Below the pieces are notes generated by a model. It saw only the letters and a list, made by a program, of their open reading frames with translations, did no database searches and was not told where the DNA came from. 64,000 nt of DNA from Candidatus Kapaibacterium sp. Its GTDB lineage: Bacteria > Bacteroidota > Ignavibacteria > Kapaibacteriales > UBA7675. Position 1 is the first letter of the stretch; each line of letters starts with the position of its first letter. Shown piece after piece: positions 17,561 to 27,000 of the stretch. The stretch lies in NCBI GenBank assembly GCA_028284775.1, contig JANQRB010000176.1, forward strand, positions 2,922 through 66,921. The letters run 5' to 3'. Position numbers and translations under genes: made by a program.

Positions 17561-19552
17561 GTGAAATCTCCTACCGACAGCAAGAGTGACAATCAAGATG
17601 GCGCCAACCAACCAGGGCTCCGGCAGATGGAAATAGAAGAATTTCTGCGCCGGATTTATGACGGACAAAATGACCAGAAGCGCTTCGCCTTCTTCCTCGG
17701 CGCGGGCTGCTCGTCAAGCTCTGGGATTCCAACCGCCGGCGAACTGGTAAAAAATCATTGGCTTCCGCGCCTGCGTAAATTACTGGCGCCTGATCGTTCC
17801 GACCTCGATCAATGGGCCCGCGAAACAATAAAAGCCTATGATCCTGGGAATCCCGCTCAGTCCTATGGTGCGCTGATTGAACGACTGTTCCTGACCCCCG
17901 AAGAACGACAACAAGAGATCGAAAACCTTTGCGACGGCAAAACGCCTTCCTTCGGCTATGCCGTGCTGGCTCAACTCGTCGCCAGCAATCGTAATCGTTT
18001 TAATATAGTACTGACTACAAACTTCGATGATCTCATTGCCGACGCACTGTACCTCTACACGGAGGCAAGACCGCTCGTCATTCATCACGAGTCGTTGGCC
18101 GCATTCATCCGGCCGACGCGCAGCCGCCCGCTGGTCGTCAAACTTCACGGCGATCATCGTTTGTCGCCGCGCAACACTGCCCTCGAAACCAAGTCGATTG
18201 AACAGGAGATTCGCAAAAACACGGCGATGGTGCTCAACGATCGCGGCCTGATATTCATGGGCTACGGCGGGGCGGATCGCGGCATTATCGAGATGCTAAA
18301 TGGCCTGCCCACACATGCGCTGCCGTTTGGCGTTTTCTGGATTCACCCTAACGAACCTCTGGGTGCGATTCGAAGCTGGCTGGCCGATCGCGGTGGTTAT
18401 TGGGTTAAGAGCGGTCCATTTGATGAAGTCATGCTGCTCGCTCAAAGCGAATTCGAGCTTCCTCATCCGGACCAGGAACGTTTCAATCGTATTTTTGACG
18501 ACTACCATCGAAAGTTCCAGTTACTCTCGGCTTCGATCCAGGACAAGCCCGTAGGCGAAGCGGGAACAGAAGCACTGACTAGGGCGCGTGACGAGGCGGA
18601 AGCGCGATTCCCGGATTACTGGAAAGTAATAAGTGAAGCCGACCGCTATAGAAGTTCCAACCCTGATCGCGCCGACGAGTTATACAAACAAGGCGTAGAA
18701 CAGTTTCCAGACGCAGCTCCTCTCCTCGGCAGCTACGCAAGCTTCCTAATAGATCACCGCAAAGACTCCGACCGCGCTGAGTCAATGTTCAAACGGGCAC
18801 TGTTAGCAAATGCAAAAGACGCCATAAATCTCGGCAACTATGCAAACTTTCTCAAAAATTACCGCGAAGACTTCGACGGTGCTGAAACAAGGTACAAACA
18901 GGCGATGGAAGCAAATCCAAACAACGCCATAAACCTCGGAAACTACGCAACCTTCCTTTGGAAGAATCGCAGGGACTTCGACGGAGCTGAAGCAATGTAC
19001 AAACAGGCGATGGAAGCAAACCCTAAAGACGCCACAAACCTCGGTAACTACGCTGATTTCCTCGCGCACATCCGAACAGACTTGGACGGCGCTGAAACAA
19101 TGTACAAAAGGGCGATGGAAGTAGATCCAAATCTCACCATTTATCTCGCAAATCTGAGCGGACTTATGCTGGCGCGTGGCAAAGAAGAAGGCTTGACTCA
19201 TCTTCAGCGAGCGCTTGAACAATTGCAAAGCAAGCCCTATCCAACTGTCGAGCTCGAGTGTGCATTTTATCTCTATGCTCACGGACCCGCGGAGCAGCGC
19301 ACGAAAGCGTTGGAAACCGCAAGACGGCTGATAGAGTCAGGCGTTCGCTCGCCGGGATGGGATATGTCTCGTAATGTCCAACGAGCGCAAGAGGACAAGC
19401 ACCCGGAATCCCAGTGGTTGGAGAAATTGGCAAAGGTGATCGGCGATGAAGCTGAAGTTGAAGTACTGAACAATTGGAGCGCCTGGGCGAACATCAAATT
19501 CGAGAACAATTCGGACAATGAAGCAGGTAAAGAGCCACCGGCGGCAGGTTAG
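17561..19552 (+). CDS. SIR2-like (SIR2_2/ThsA-type) NAD-binding domain fused to a C-terminal TPR array; candidate NADase-type antiphage defence protein
   Basis: The SIR2_2 signature elements are FFLGAGCSSSSGIPTAGELVKNHW, NIVLTTNFDDLIADAL, VVKLHGDH and IFMGYGGAD. A C-terminal array of four or more 34-aa TPRs is present (xxNLGNYAxFLxxxRxDFDGAExxYKQAMEANPxx). I place the start at in-frame GTG 17561 because GGAGG lies at 17547-17551. The ORF track start at 17291 runs through AT-rich, unconserved-looking leader. Confidence 0.8.
   Translation: MKSPTDSKSDNQDGANQPGLRQMEIEEFLRRIYDGQNDQKRFAFFLGAGCSSSSGIPTAGELVKNHWLPRLRKLLAPDRSDLDQWARETIKAYDPGNPAQSYGALIERLFLTPEERQQEIENLCDGKTPSFGYAVLAQLVASNRNRFNIVLTTNFDDLIADALYLYTEARPLVIHHESLAAFIRPTRSRPLVVKLHGDHRLSPRNTALETKSIEQEIRKNTAMVLNDRGLIFMGYGGADRGIIEMLNGLPTHALPFGVFWIHPNEPLGAIRSWLADRGGYWVKSGPFDEVMLLAQSEFELPHPDQERFNRIFDDYHRKFQLLSASIQDKPVGEAGTEALTRARDEAEARFPDYWKVISEADRYRSSNPDRADELYKQGVEQFPDAAPLLGSYASFLIDHRKDSDRAESMFKRALLANAKDAINLGNYANFLKNYREDFDGAETRYKQAMEANPNNAINLGNYATFLWKNRRDFDGAEAMYKQAMEANPKDATNLGNYADFLAHIRTDLDGAETMYKRAMEVDPNLTIYLANLSGLMLARGKEEGLTHLQRALEQLQSKPYPTVELECAFYLYAHGPAEQRTKALETARRLIESGVRSPGWDMSRNVQRAQEDKHPESQWLEKLAKVIGDEAEVEVLNNWSAWANIKFENNSDNEAGKEPPAAG
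18727..19140 (+). repeat. Intragenic tandem repeats (period 102 nt = one TPR unit), about 4 copies with long near-identical stretches
   Basis: Units begin near 18829, 18931 and 19033. Blocks such as GTACAAACAGGCGATGGAAGCAAA recur at 18893 and 18996. A diverged copy lies near 19099. Confidence 0.7.
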
Positions 19553-19586
19553 TGCTTTTTCAAATAAGTTATTTGCATACTTTCTT

Positions 19587-19693
19587 CCCCTTAAGGTAAG
19601 GGGGTGAGGCGCGGGCTGAGCGCCGAACGAGGAGGGGTTATGAGTATTCAAGGACTTTCTAACTCCCCTACCCCCTCTTTCAAAAAGAGGGGG
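19587..19693. other. Two GC-rich perfect hairpins in the intergenic region after the SIR2-TPR gene (terminator-like / insertion-boundary-like)
   Basis: Hairpin 1 is CCCCTTA-agg-TAAGGGG at 19587-19603. Hairpin 2 is CCCCCTCTTT-caa-AAAGAGGGGG at 19671-19693, followed by an A7 run. GGCGC-N7-GCGCC lies at 19609-19625. Neither hairpin is followed by a canonical T-tract on its own strand. Confidence 0.4.
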
Positions 19694-19840
19694 ACTTAAA
19701 AAAACTAATTTGAAAGAGTACCAGTGAGGATGCTGCGCCGCAAACTCCGGAAGAGCAGCAAAACCGGTTCCAACAAAAATCAGTTAACACACGGCGGCCA
19801 AGACTTCAAGTGAATACAGACGGCACAGTAGCGCGTCCGC

Positions 19841-21148
19841 TCACAAAAGCATAAAGCACAAGCCGGCAACGATCGTAAAGGGAATCGCAAACAGCGCCAG
19901 CTTGAGGGGGCTGAGGCCATTGTCAAAATATTTCTTGAGGATCGCGTTGCCGGCCGGATTCGGGGCATTGGCGATAATGGTCAGGCCGCCGCCTGTGACC
20001 GCGCCCGCGACGATGGCGTATTTCTTTTGTCCGATGGCCGAGAATGGTTCGGAGAATCCCGGTTCAAGCGCCAATGTCGAGAGATAGGTTATCGCGGCAT
20101 TATCGTTGAAGGCGGTCAGGATAGTCGAGCCGAGAAAAAGGGGAACCTCGTCGAGGCTGGCGATGATCGGCGCGATCCACCACTCCTGCAGCGAGCCGTG
20201 GGTAACGAGGCCTGCCAGGAAAAAGCCGACCAGCAAGGCCGGTTTGATATTGATATCATCCTGGTACTCGCCGGAGATCGCGCACCAGCCCAGAAAAAAC
20301 AGGAAGCCCAGCATCAGGAGCACGGCGTGGTGGGCGGTGAAGACAGCCCAGCCGAGCGAGAGAATATGGACGCCTATCACCCAGGCCGGAATTCGCTGCA
20401 CCTTCTCTTCCGCCACGGGCAGGACATCCATCCGCTTAAATTCGCGAAAGAAAAGCGCCGCCGCGCCAAAGGTACAGATCACAATCGAGAGGGCGGCTTT
20501 CCAGCCGAAATGCGTGAACATATAAGTGAAGTTTTCCGCCCAGCCCCATTTGGCGGCAACCATAAGGACCGGCGGCGCGGCAAAGTGCGTCAGCGTCCCT
20601 CCGATTGAGACATTAACAAATAGCAGCGCAATTGTGGTGTATTTCAGGACGTTGCTCGGATTACGCTCGAAAAAGTAGCGCGCCAGCAGCATGGCCGAGA
20701 TCGTCATGGCCGCCGGTTCGGTAATGAAAGACCCCAGGATCGGCGTGATGATCAACACTGCAACGTAGAACTTGGCCGTTTGTCCCGGTATTGGAATGAA
20801 GCGACTGAGGCTAAGGACAATTTTGCGGGTGATATATAATACCGGCCGGGTAGCCGCCATCACCATGATTACGATGACAAAGAGCGGTTCCATCATCTTG
20901 GGCGTCACTTTGTCGAAATAGTCCAGGGTCCAGTTGAGGTCGTAGAACCACCAGGAAAGATAAAACAGCGGCACCAACCACAATCCGAAAACAACTTCGA
21001 TTTCGCCGAGAAAATGAAATATGTTCTCGCGCATCGATCCCTCGGGATAGCGGGAAGCGAGCTTGTTGAAATAACTGGCGCTAAAGGTATGCAGAACGGC
21101 CAGGGCAAAAACGCCGGTCGCGATGTAATCAAAAGAGACTTCGGGCAT
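19841..21148 (-). CDS. Polytopic membrane protein, probable ion transporter (resembles the 'putative Na+/H+ antiporter' DUF1504-type family)
   Basis: The 435-aa protein has about 11-12 predicted hydrophobic helices. It has no ATP-binding motifs. The family assignment is from memory and is weak. Confidence 0.5.
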   Translation of the reverse strand: MPEVSFDYIATGVFALAVLHTFSASYFNKLASRYPEGSMRENIFHFLGEIEVVFGLWLVPLFYLSWWFYDLNWTLDYFDKVTPKMMEPLFVIVIMVMAATRPVLYITRKIVLSLSRFIPIPGQTAKFYVAVLIITPILGSFITEPAAMTISAMLLARYFFERNPSNVLKYTTIALLFVNVSIGGTLTHFAAPPVLMVAAKWGWAENFTYMFTHFGWKAALSIVICTFGAAALFFREFKRMDVLPVAEEKVQRIPAWVIGVHILSLGWAVFTAHHAVLLMLGFLFFLGWCAISGEYQDDINIKPALLVGFFLAGLVTHGSLQEWWIAPIIASLDEVPLFLGSTILTAFNDNAAITYLSTLALEPGFSEPFSAIGQKKYAIVAGAVTGGGLTIIANAPNPAGNAILKKYFDNGLSPLKLALFAIPFTIVAGLCFMLL

Positions 21149-21330
21149 ACAGGAGGTCCAATCGGGATTTTGGTGTCGGAGCTACGCTGGGTCGCAGCCA
21201 AATTATCGAAACGAGCCTAAATACGAAAATCTCGTCGGATGAGTGTTTACCGGTAAAATTCGGCGTGATTTTTTGCCCGCACTCCACGGATGGCAAGCTA
21301 AATTCAGCGGACAATCATTCAGGCTTTACT

Positions 21331-21349
21331 TAGTGTCAAAATAACACTA
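21331..21349. promoter_or_regulatory. Candidate NrtR operator upstream of nrtR: TAGTGT-N7-ACACTA palindrome
   Basis: The site is cTTAGTGTcaaaataACACTAtat, ending 11 nt before the nrtR ATG. A near-identical site sits at the nadV promoter. Confidence 0.5.
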
Positions 21350-21359
21350 TATTTGCCCA

Positions 21360-22025
21360 ATGAAAAAGCCGAACAATCCGATCGCAGCCGTCGACATGGG
21401 CATCTTCCGCTTCGATGGTGAAAGACTAAGCGTCTTTCTCGTGGAGTTGCTTCACGGCTCCTTCCGCGGACGACTGGCGCTCCCCGGCGCCCGCCTGGCC
21501 GCCGAAGAAAGCATGGAAGATGCGGCACTCCGCGTGTACCGGGAAGCAGGCGGCGATACGCCATGCTTCATCGAACAGGTTTATACATTCTCAGCTGTCG
21601 ACCGCGATCCGCGCAGCCGCGCGATCGCAACGGCCTATATGGCTTTTCCGCCGGACGGCTGCCCGCCATTTCAGCCTTGCAGTAAGTATGCCCGCGGCGC
21701 CTGGTACGATGTTTTCACGGTCCGGGACCTGGCCTACGATCATGAGCAGATTTCGCGGGTCTGCCGGCAGCGAATTGCCGCCAAGCTGAACTATACGACG
21801 ATTGCGCTGCTCTTGCTGCCGGAGGAATTTACGCTGACGGAAATGCAGACTCTCTATGAACTGTGCAGCGGCGAACAATTCGATAAACGCAACTTTCGCA
21901 AAAAGATCAAATCGATGAACATCATTGTGGAAACCGGTCGTCAACGAAGCGGTCGCAAAGCCCGTCCCGCAATGCTTTATCGCGCCAAACGGCGAAGCAT
22001 GGAGCTCGTTTCGCTCTTCCGCTAA
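21360..22025 (+). CDS. nrtR: NrtR-type Nudix-related transcriptional regulator of NAD metabolism (Nudix domain + C-terminal winged-helix)
   Basis: The N-terminal Nudix-like fold has a degenerate Nudix box (GRLALPGARLAAEESMEDAALRVYREAGG). The C-terminal ~90 aa match the NrtR DNA-binding domain pattern (ISRVCRQRIAAKLNYTTIALLLLPEEFTLTEMQTLYE...). The gene sits directly upstream of nadV, as in described NrtR regulons. Confidence 0.75.
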   Translation: MKKPNNPIAAVDMGIFRFDGERLSVFLVELLHGSFRGRLALPGARLAAEESMEDAALRVYREAGGDTPCFIEQVYTFSAVDRDPRSRAIATAYMAFPPDGCPPFQPCSKYARGAWYDVFTVRDLAYDHEQISRVCRQRIAAKLNYTTIALLLLPEEFTLTEMQTLYELCSGEQFDKRNFRKKIKSMNIIVETGRQRSGRKARPAMLYRAKRRSMELVSLFR

Positions 22026-22044
22026 AAATTTTTTTTGCCTCACT

Positions 22045-22063
22045 TAGTGTATTTTTTACACTT
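22045..22063. promoter_or_regulatory. Second candidate NrtR operator, immediately upstream of nadV: TAGTGT-N7-ACACTt
   Basis: The site is cacTTAGTGTattttttACACTTaaa, ending 3 nt before the annotated nadV ATG (22067). It shares both half-sites and the AT-rich 7-nt spacer with the site at 21331-21349. Confidence 0.5.
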
Positions 22064-22066
22064 AAA

Positions 22067-23737
22067 ATGCCGGTCCCATTGCTGGCAATGGAGTCCGGAG
22101 AAAGCGAGTCCCTCATGAGTCCGAAACAAGGTAATCCGCAACAGGTATTCCTGCCCCAGCGCAAAACCCACAGAACTCCGCGTCTATTGATGGCCGATGC
22201 CTACACCCTGGGCAGCGGCAAATTCCAGGCGCCCGTCGCACAGGAAAAATCGATATACTATCTCGCCTTTCGCCGCGCCCTGAACGATGTCGACCCAGAG
22301 TTGTATGCCGGGGATGACGAACGCATCGTATTCTGCGGCCTGCAGCGCATACTCGAAAGGCTGTTCTACGAGCCTGTCAGTCATGCCGAGATTGATGAAA
22401 CGCTGCGATTTCTGGCCCGCTTCAAAGCCACGTCGCAGGGCTTGCGGCGCTATCATTTCGACGAAACATTATGGCGCCGCGTCGTGGATGAATTTCAGGG
22501 CCGGCCGCCAATACGCATCGAAGCACTGCCGGAGGGCAGCGTGGCTTATCCCCACGAACCGGTCATACAGGTTAGCTCGCTTGTAGCGGGAATGGGTGAA
22601 TTGGCGGCGTGGTTCGAAAGCAAGATTGTCCAGGTCTGGAGCACGACCGAACGAGCGACCAGGGGACGCCACTGGTTCAAGTATCTGACGGAAATGATTG
22701 CCGAGGTCGATCCTGCCCTGGATCGCGAGGAGCGCTATTTTCTGGCGGCAACACTCACGCACGATTTCGGCGATCGCGGTGGAATCTGCGCGCAGGAATC
22801 CGAAGAGCTGGGAATGACGCACCTGTATTCATTCAGCGGCAGCGACACACTGGCGGGCGCCTACCAGGCCTGGAAAAACAGCGGCGAGCAGGCCGGCGCC
22901 GCAAGCTCGGTGGCAGCCCTGGCGCATCGCAGCGTGCAGCCCTGGCTCCGGGAAGGCGACAGCTACCGCAGCATCTATGACGCGGCCGACAATGGCGACT
23001 TCATTTCGATGGTCGCCGACTGTTATGACTACTTCGCTGCCGTGGATAATTATCTGCTGCCCCTGGCGCTCGAATCGGCCGCCGCCAGCAACGGTAAAAT
23101 TGTGGTTGCGCGGCCTGACAGCGGCGATCCGCTTGACTGCGTGCTCTACGTCTGCAATCTGGCTATTGCGCATGGTTTGTATACCGAATACCATGGCTAC
23201 AAGTATCCGACGACTCTCAAGTGTATCCAGGGCGACGGCATGTCCTTCGCCGTGATGAAACACATCTTCGAAGAACTTAAACAACGGCGATTAGCGCCCC
23301 ACGCCTGGCTGCTCTTCGGTGTCGGCGGCGGCTTGCGCAATCATCTGCAGCGTGATCACCTGGGCGCCAAATATGCCCTCTGCGCTGTCGGCAAGCAAGA
23401 CCGGCCGGTCATTAAATTGTCGGAGACGCCAGGTAAGTCGACACTCCCGGGACCTTTCAAGCTACGCCGCGGTGAAAGTTATCTGCGTTCAGCCACTACG
23501 ATCGCCCTGGCCGCTGAAGCCGGCGACAATGCGCTGATTGAATACTTTAACGGCGCGCGGGTCGAACGACCCTTTGGCCCGGGTCAGGATGATGATTTTG
23601 GCATCATTAGGCAACGCATTCAGGACGGCTTTGACGCGATGCCGCCCAGGATGCCACTGCCCGAGAAAGCATATCCGGCATCAGAGCTGGTGCTGCGGCA
23701 GAGGAAAGCAGAAGAAGAAGCTCGGAGACATAGTTAA
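22067..23737 (+). CDS. nadV: Nicotinamide phosphoribosyltransferase (NAMPT/NadV family)
   Basis: The NAMPT-family signatures present are RIEALPEGSVAYPHEPVIQV, LTHDFGDRG, SFSGSDTLAG and VARPDSGDP. The true start may be a downstream ATG (MESGES at ~22091 or MSPKQ at ~22115), since the operator abuts 22067. Confidence 0.85.
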   Translation: MPVPLLAMESGESESLMSPKQGNPQQVFLPQRKTHRTPRLLMADAYTLGSGKFQAPVAQEKSIYYLAFRRALNDVDPELYAGDDERIVFCGLQRILERLFYEPVSHAEIDETLRFLARFKATSQGLRRYHFDETLWRRVVDEFQGRPPIRIEALPEGSVAYPHEPVIQVSSLVAGMGELAAWFESKIVQVWSTTERATRGRHWFKYLTEMIAEVDPALDREERYFLAATLTHDFGDRGGICAQESEELGMTHLYSFSGSDTLAGAYQAWKNSGEQAGAASSVAALAHRSVQPWLREGDSYRSIYDAADNGDFISMVADCYDYFAAVDNYLLPLALESAAASNGKIVVARPDSGDPLDCVLYVCNLAIAHGLYTEYHGYKYPTTLKCIQGDGMSFAVMKHIFEELKQRRLAPHAWLLFGVGGGLRNHLQRDHLGAKYALCAVGKQDRPVIKLSETPGKSTLPGPFKLRRGESYLRSATTIALAAEAGDNALIEYFNGARVERPFGPGQDDDFGIIRQRIQDGFDAMPPRMPLPEKAYPASELVLRQRKAEEEARRHS

Positions 23738-24070
23738 ACAATTCCGATCGATGCAACATTTTCGTTAACCGGCCACGAAAACGGTTACTGAAGAAAGTCC
23801 TGATATCCGTGGAGCAGAGCTCCGCCAGCAGAAGCAAACACATGTAGCCGGCACCCGGTGCAGATGAAGAAACCTGCCTTTTCCAGTTCGTCTGGCGGTA
23901 GGTTTCTTCGCCTCTTTCAACGGTCCGGAGGAAGAGACAGGAATGCAAGGAGTGGTCGCAAGAAGAATGATTCCGACGAACGTGCCACAAAAAGACAGTT
24001 TACATCGGCAAGCGGCTCCGGGCTGTGCACCGACAGGCTGCAGGGGTTAGCAGTGGAATTGCTAAACCTA

Positions 24071-27000
24071 TCACTGAATTCGCTGAAAGCCCGCCACTGA
24101 TCTACGGCCGTCCCTGTGTACAAACTGAATGAAATACATGCCGGGCGCCAGTCCCGCCGTTGAAATGTTAAATTCCCGGGTATCGGTCAGCTCACGTGAA
24201 AAATGGATAGCACCGTGCAGCGACAAGATTCTGGCGACACCGCTGACGTTTTCGTCGAAGCGCAGCCTAAGTTCGCCGGTCGTTGGGTTGGGAAAACTTG
24301 CTATACCAATCGAGGCGCTGCCGTCGGGCGGATTAACAATCCCGGTGCCGATAACAACTGTGACATCGTTTGACGTCAAGACAGGATAGGTGCCGCTGAA
24401 CATCCGTACTTTTGTGTTAAACACTTCGTCCAATGCGCTTCCGGACTTTATCGGCATAGCAAAGACAAACTCCAGTCTGTCATCCGGAACTACACTCTGT
24501 GGTTCGAAACTCGCGCGGGGAATGTTTAATCGATAGTGCCCCCCGGAACGATGTTCGACGAATCGGTCCTGGCGGTTGAAGTCGACAAGTGTCGGTCCCG
24601 CTGTCGAATATGACGTATCATAATCAATCCAGAACTCGAGCCGGCCCTTGTGACGCAGGTGGCCGCGATTGAGAGCTTCCAGGCGGAAATACACGGTGTC
24701 GCCGCCAGTTACGGCTGTCTGGCGGACAGGAGTGCCTTCATCGAGGATGTCGAGTTGTATGTTTCTCTCTTGCAAGGGCCAGGCAAAACATTGCTCCGTC
24801 AGCGGGTCATTTGGCTGGTCGGACTTTGCAAGCAGATCGAAGCAGACTTCATCGCGGCTCGTTTCCGTCGCTATCGCCACTGTAAGGTTTACTGTCCTTT
24901 CCTCCCAGGGCAGCAGGTCTGAAAATTTCTGTAAAATGATCGTCCCGTCCTCTCGTAATTCGCTTGCGCCATAGTCGCTCGATGAAGCGACAATCTCCAT
25001 AGTTGCACCGCCGGCGCTTAGCCAAACAGCACGGAAACGAGCGTCATTGGCACTCAAATTGCGGAATGTCAGTTCAATGCTGAAAAGGCCGGTTTCAATT
25101 AACGGTTCGACGACAAGTTCGGCAGCAGGCCTTGGAGTCGGCGGCGAGGGAATCGGCAATTCGATGTAGGCATTGTGGCCGGCGCTGTCCTCCAGGTCGA
25201 CCCAAAGGGCATTGTCGGCCCGACCGCAGGGCGGCAACCATTGTTGGCTTGCCTGGAGCCGGATTTTGTGTCGATATCCACTCAAGGGAACAGTGGCTTT
25301 GAAGGATCCGTCCGCAGCGGTGACGACGACATTATCGTCTTGCGAGACCACGACGGCTTCATTTGCCACTGCCGGTTCACCCGGATCGCGTATGCAATCG
25401 TTATCGAGGTCTTCGAACACCAGGCCGCGCAGTGTGAAATTTTCAACACTGCCGGGTTCGCAAATTTCGAAGCGCTCGATAATTCCCTCGCCGGATAGCG
25501 TCAGATACCCGTCTCCCTGCGGTGCAAACACCACATCGGTAAAATTTCGACCCAGGGTCGGACATTCCGATACGATCGAGCCTGTCTCCGTATCGAGCAC
25601 GTAAACATTTTTCGTCACTTTGTCCGCAGCCAGCAAATGACGCGAGTCAGGCATGAAGGCCACTTTGAATGCTCTGACATCGAAACGGCGATAGTTGCTT
25701 AGATTGACCTCCGGCCATGCCTGCGTTTCCCATACAGCGATGTAGTCACCCCGCGCAACCGCAAGCAATTGATCGTCAGGCGCAAAGACAGGCAGGACAC
25801 TCTGGTCCTGTTCCGCATCCGAAAGATTAGTGTTAATTTTCTTAAACTCGTCGGAGTTAAATGAGGCCAAACCTTTCTCATCGAATTTTAATCGTCTGTT
25901 GCCGGCATACTGAACGCTTTCAGGGTTGCCCGGACCTGTTTTTTGTGTTAGCAGATAGCCAAAATTACCATAGGCCAGGGCTGCGTTGTGCGCTGTTGCG
26001 AGACTTACCGTAAGGCCGATCTCCGTCGTGCTGAGCACCGACCGACTGTTCGCATCCAGCAAACTAAGCCACCCGACGGGATCAAGATCGTTGCCGCGAA
26101 AGTGGCCGAAGGCAAGCAGTAAAAAACGGCCGTCGCCGGTATAGGCAATCGCCTGCCTATCCACGTGGTCTGCATCGCTGGTCAGAGGGACTTCCTGCTC
26201 AGCGATCATTGCCCCCGAATAGACATCCCAGGTCTGCAAAACTATCACAGCCCGTTTGTGATCAGAGGCCAGGGTTAAACGGCGGCCATCAGCGGTAAAA
26301 TCAAGATTGCTGCCTCGATAGGGCGACAGCTCGATGCGATGACGCACTGTTCCATCGGCCTCGAGAATTCCGACAAGCGCCGCATTATCCGGCGATGTGA
26401 TATTGCTTTTGCGGGCTTTGTAGACGATCGATCCCCCGTCCGGCGCGAAGTCAAGATAGTCGACATGCCTATAGTCTGCCTGCCGCAGCCAACTAGCCCG
26501 GGCAAAATGTTTACTGAAGTCGCCGTCCACTTTCAGGGATTCGTTGTAAAAAGTTCCAGCTTCGGTATATATTTTCAAGGTCACAGTCTTCCGCCCGGCG
26601 GCATTGGCTGTAATACTAAGCGGAAGGTCTATGCAGGATGCCACTGCTAATGACAGGGGAAAAATGTTGTCGGTAAAGCTAAGGGCGGGCATGCCATCGC
26701 CCGGCATAACCTCGATGCCGAAGATCGTCAGGCTGACAGTGTTTGTGGAGCTATTGCATATTCGCAAAGTTTCGTTCAACGGCAGCCCCGGCTCCGCCTG
26801 ATAGATCGGCTCGGCGGGAGAATCATCCTTTAGGCGAAAAATCCTGATCTGTTTTCCCGGGTCGGACAACTCGATGATGGCGCGTTGCGATGGATACCAA
26901 TCCGTATCCACCACAATCTCGACCATGTCATCACTCTTGCGGGGACCATTAAACTGGAACTCGACTGTCTGTGATTGGCCGGATTCCAGGAAGACATCAT

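Noticed and set aside
19630-19699. 19-codon mini-ORF (MSIQGLSNSPTPSFKKRGT*) with upstream GGAGGGG
   Set aside because: The spacer to the ATG is only about 4 nt. The ORF is dominated by the palindrome sequence. It is more likely a structural element than a peptide gene. I mention it only within the hairpin finding.
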